NCBI GenBank assembly: GCA_020344015.1 | Contig: CP070812.1 | Location: 2,068,092-2,132,091 of the forward strand | Reading direction: 5' to 3' | Source: Gemmatimonadota bacterium | GTDB lineage: Bacteria; Gemmatimonadota; Gemmatimonadetes; Palauibacterales; KS3-K002 | DNA length: 64,000 nucleotides | Part shown: piece by piece, positions 62,444-64,000 of the stretch | How the letters are laid out: each line of letters opens with the position of its first letter | How positions within the stretch are numbered: position 1 is the first letter of the stretch | Notes under the pieces: generated by a model | What the model was told of the DNA's origin: nothing | Seen by the model: only the letters and a program-made list of their open reading frames with translations | The model's database searches: none | Translations under genes and position numbers: made by a program

Positions 62444-63892
62444 ATGACTGCACGCATTCCTGCGACGGCCGGTCCGTTCGTTCTCTTGGCTGCCGCGCTC
62501 GTCGGGTTCGCGGCGGTCGCGGGCGACGACCCTGAGTTCGACCGCTACTTCACGGACAAGACGATGCGCGTCGACTACTACCACACGGGCGACGCGACGC
62601 ACGAAGTTCTGAGTCTCGAGCGTGTGGTCTCGGACGGTCCCTGGGCGGGACCGCGCATGAACCTGATCGACGACACCAACTTCGGGAAGTACTTCTACGA
62701 GGTTTACGATCTGGATAGCGGTGCTCTGCTGTTCACGCGCGGCTTCGCGACGATCTATGGGGAGTGGGAGACGACCGGCGAGGCGCGAACGACCCACCGG
62801 ACGTTCCACGAGTCGGTGCGTTTCCCCTGGCCGAAGGGTCCGGTAAAGGTAGTCGTCAAGAAGCGCGACGACCTGACGACGTTCCATCTGATCGGCGAGT
62901 TCGAGATCGATCCGGAATCACGGTCGGTCAACCCGGCCGACCCGCCGTCGCTCGGGAATGTGTGGACGCTGTTCGAGCATGGGCCGCCTTCCGATAAGGT
63001 CGACATCGTGTTGCTGGGCGAAGGGTACACGGCGGAGGAGACGGAGAAGTTTCACGCCGACGCGCGAAGGTTGGCCGAAGAGCTGTTCTCGTGGGAACCG
63101 TTCAAGAGTCGCAGATCCGACTTCAACATTCGGGCGATAGATCTGCCCGCGGCGCAGTCGGGCGTGACGCGAGCGCACTCCGAGCGGTACCGCAGGAACC
63201 TAGTGGGGACGCAATACGGGATATTCGACTCGGAGCGGTACATGTTGACGTACGACAACCGTACGCTGCGAGATGTGCTGTCGGCGGCGCCCTACGATTT
63301 CATGGGGATCCTGGTGAACGAGAAGCAGTACGGCGGCGGCGGCATCTACAGGACCCAGATGGCGACGGCGGTCGACTCGGATTTCTCCGACTACATCTTC
63401 GTACACGAGTTCGGGCACCACTTCGCCGGGCTGGCCGACGAGTACTACACGTCGGACGTGGCCTACGAGACGGGTGCGGTGGAACAGCCGGAGCCATGGG
63501 AGGCGAACGTCACGGCGCTGCACGATCCGGCGGCTTTGAAGTGGGCCGACCTGGTGGAGCCGGGCACCCCGATTCCGACGCCGTGGGCGAAGCTTGCCTT
63601 CGAGGAGCACTCACAGCAGATCCGCGCCCGGCGCGCCCAATTGATCGAGCAGCAGGCGCCGGAGTCGGAATTCGACGCGCTATTCCACGAGCAACGTGAG
63701 ATCGAGGCCCGGATGCTCGCCACTCAAGAGTACTCGACCGCCGTCGGTGCCTTCGAGGGGGCGATGTACGAGCCGACGGGACTCTACCGGTCCTCGATCG
63801 ATTGCATAATGTTCACCCGGGACGAGGTCGGATTCTGTCGCGTCTGCCGGCGAGCGATCGAGCGGGTTATCGATCTGTACGCCGGGCGGTAG
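62444..63892 (+). CDS. M64-family (IgA-peptidase-like) zinc metallopeptidase, secreted
   Basis: Signal peptide. 'VHEFGHHFAGLADEY' HExxH…E zinc motif within an M64-like architecture. Confidence 0.7.
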   Translation: MTARIPATAGPFVLLAAALVGFAAVAGDDPEFDRYFTDKTMRVDYYHTGDATHEVLSLERVVSDGPWAGPRMNLIDDTNFGKYFYEVYDLDSGALLFTRGFATIYGEWETTGEARTTHRTFHESVRFPWPKGPVKVVVKKRDDLTTFHLIGEFEIDPESRSVNPADPPSLGNVWTLFEHGPPSDKVDIVLLGEGYTAEETEKFHADARRLAEELFSWEPFKSRRSDFNIRAIDLPAAQSGVTRAHSERYRRNLVGTQYGIFDSERYMLTYDNRTLRDVLSAAPYDFMGILVNEKQYGGGGIYRTQMATAVDSDFSDYIFVHEFGHHFAGLADEYYTSDVAYETGAVEQPEPWEANVTALHDPAALKWADLVEPGTPIPTPWAKLAFEEHSQQIRARRAQLIEQQAPESEFDALFHEQREIEARMLATQEYSTAVGAFEGAMYEPTGLYRSSIDCIMFTRDEVGFCRVCRRAIERVIDLYAGR

Positions 63893-63924
63893 GAGGCGGC
63901 GATTAGAAGGCAGGGCGGGCTGCG

Positions 63925-64000
63925 AGTGCGCAAGGGTCGTTCGGACGTCTATACGCGCATCTATGAGGTCGTGAAGCGCATTCCGCGCGGCCGAGTCGCG
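63925..64000 (+). CDS. Partial: MGMT-family DNA-binding domain protein (runs off the window end)
   Basis: 'VYTRIYEVVKRIPRGRVA' matches the N-terminal helix of 6-O-methylguanine-DNA methyltransferase-like DNA-binding domains. GTG start is tentative. Confidence 0.3.

Overview
High-GC (~65-67%) bacterial chromosomal window. It is gene-dense (about 75 protein-coding genes, over 85% on the + strand). No rRNA, tRNA, CRISPR array, transposase or integrase was recognised. The gene content resembles a Gemmatimonadota/Acidobacteria-like soil bacterium: an ADOP-type duplicated-FtsX permease with a PadR regulator, a Ser/Thr kinase with a TPR tail, PD40/M28 peptidases, and a single-chain large PurL. Positions 1-23000 are an almost uninterrupted + strand run of small detoxification and stress-fold proteins. 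These include six VOC/glyoxalase domains, two intact DinB genes plus one DinB remnant, SnoaL-like, ABM, cupin, GyrI-like, RidA, CMD, PhzF, SDR, an orphan MerB, a DmpA-type peptidase and a bacterioferritin-like protein. Positions 23000-40500 hold hydrolases (creatininase, GH29 fucosidase, arginase-fold enzyme, sulfatase) and a signalling module in which a Ser/Thr kinase overlaps a gene for an FHA-TM-lytic transglycosylase protein. This stretch also contains an 885-aa tandem tryptophanase-family fusion, a VKOR-DsbA fusion and a membrane-anchored reductive-dehalogenase/QueG-superfamily Fe-S protein. Positions 43000-64000 carry lat (L-lysine 6-aminotransferase), two M28 peptidases, purL, PadR plus the ADOP permease with a truncated ABC ATPase, a MEMO1-type AmmeMemoRadiSam protein B, an MFS transporter and an M64 peptidase. 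The most notable single feature is a thioredoxin-fold gene at 23634-24233 that carries an in-frame UGA inside a perfect iodothyronine-deiodinase active-site motif (FGSYT-U-PPF). A bacterial SECIS-like hairpin starts 10 nt downstream of that UGA. The gene is therefore read as a selenocysteine-containing deiodinase-like protein. Other points: AMMECR1-type (protein A) and MEMO1-type (protein B) genes lie 38 kb apart with no radical-SAM partner in the window. Several decayed gene remnants are present. There is a 17-bp inverted-repeat element, and a candidate small RNA with an intrinsic terminator.
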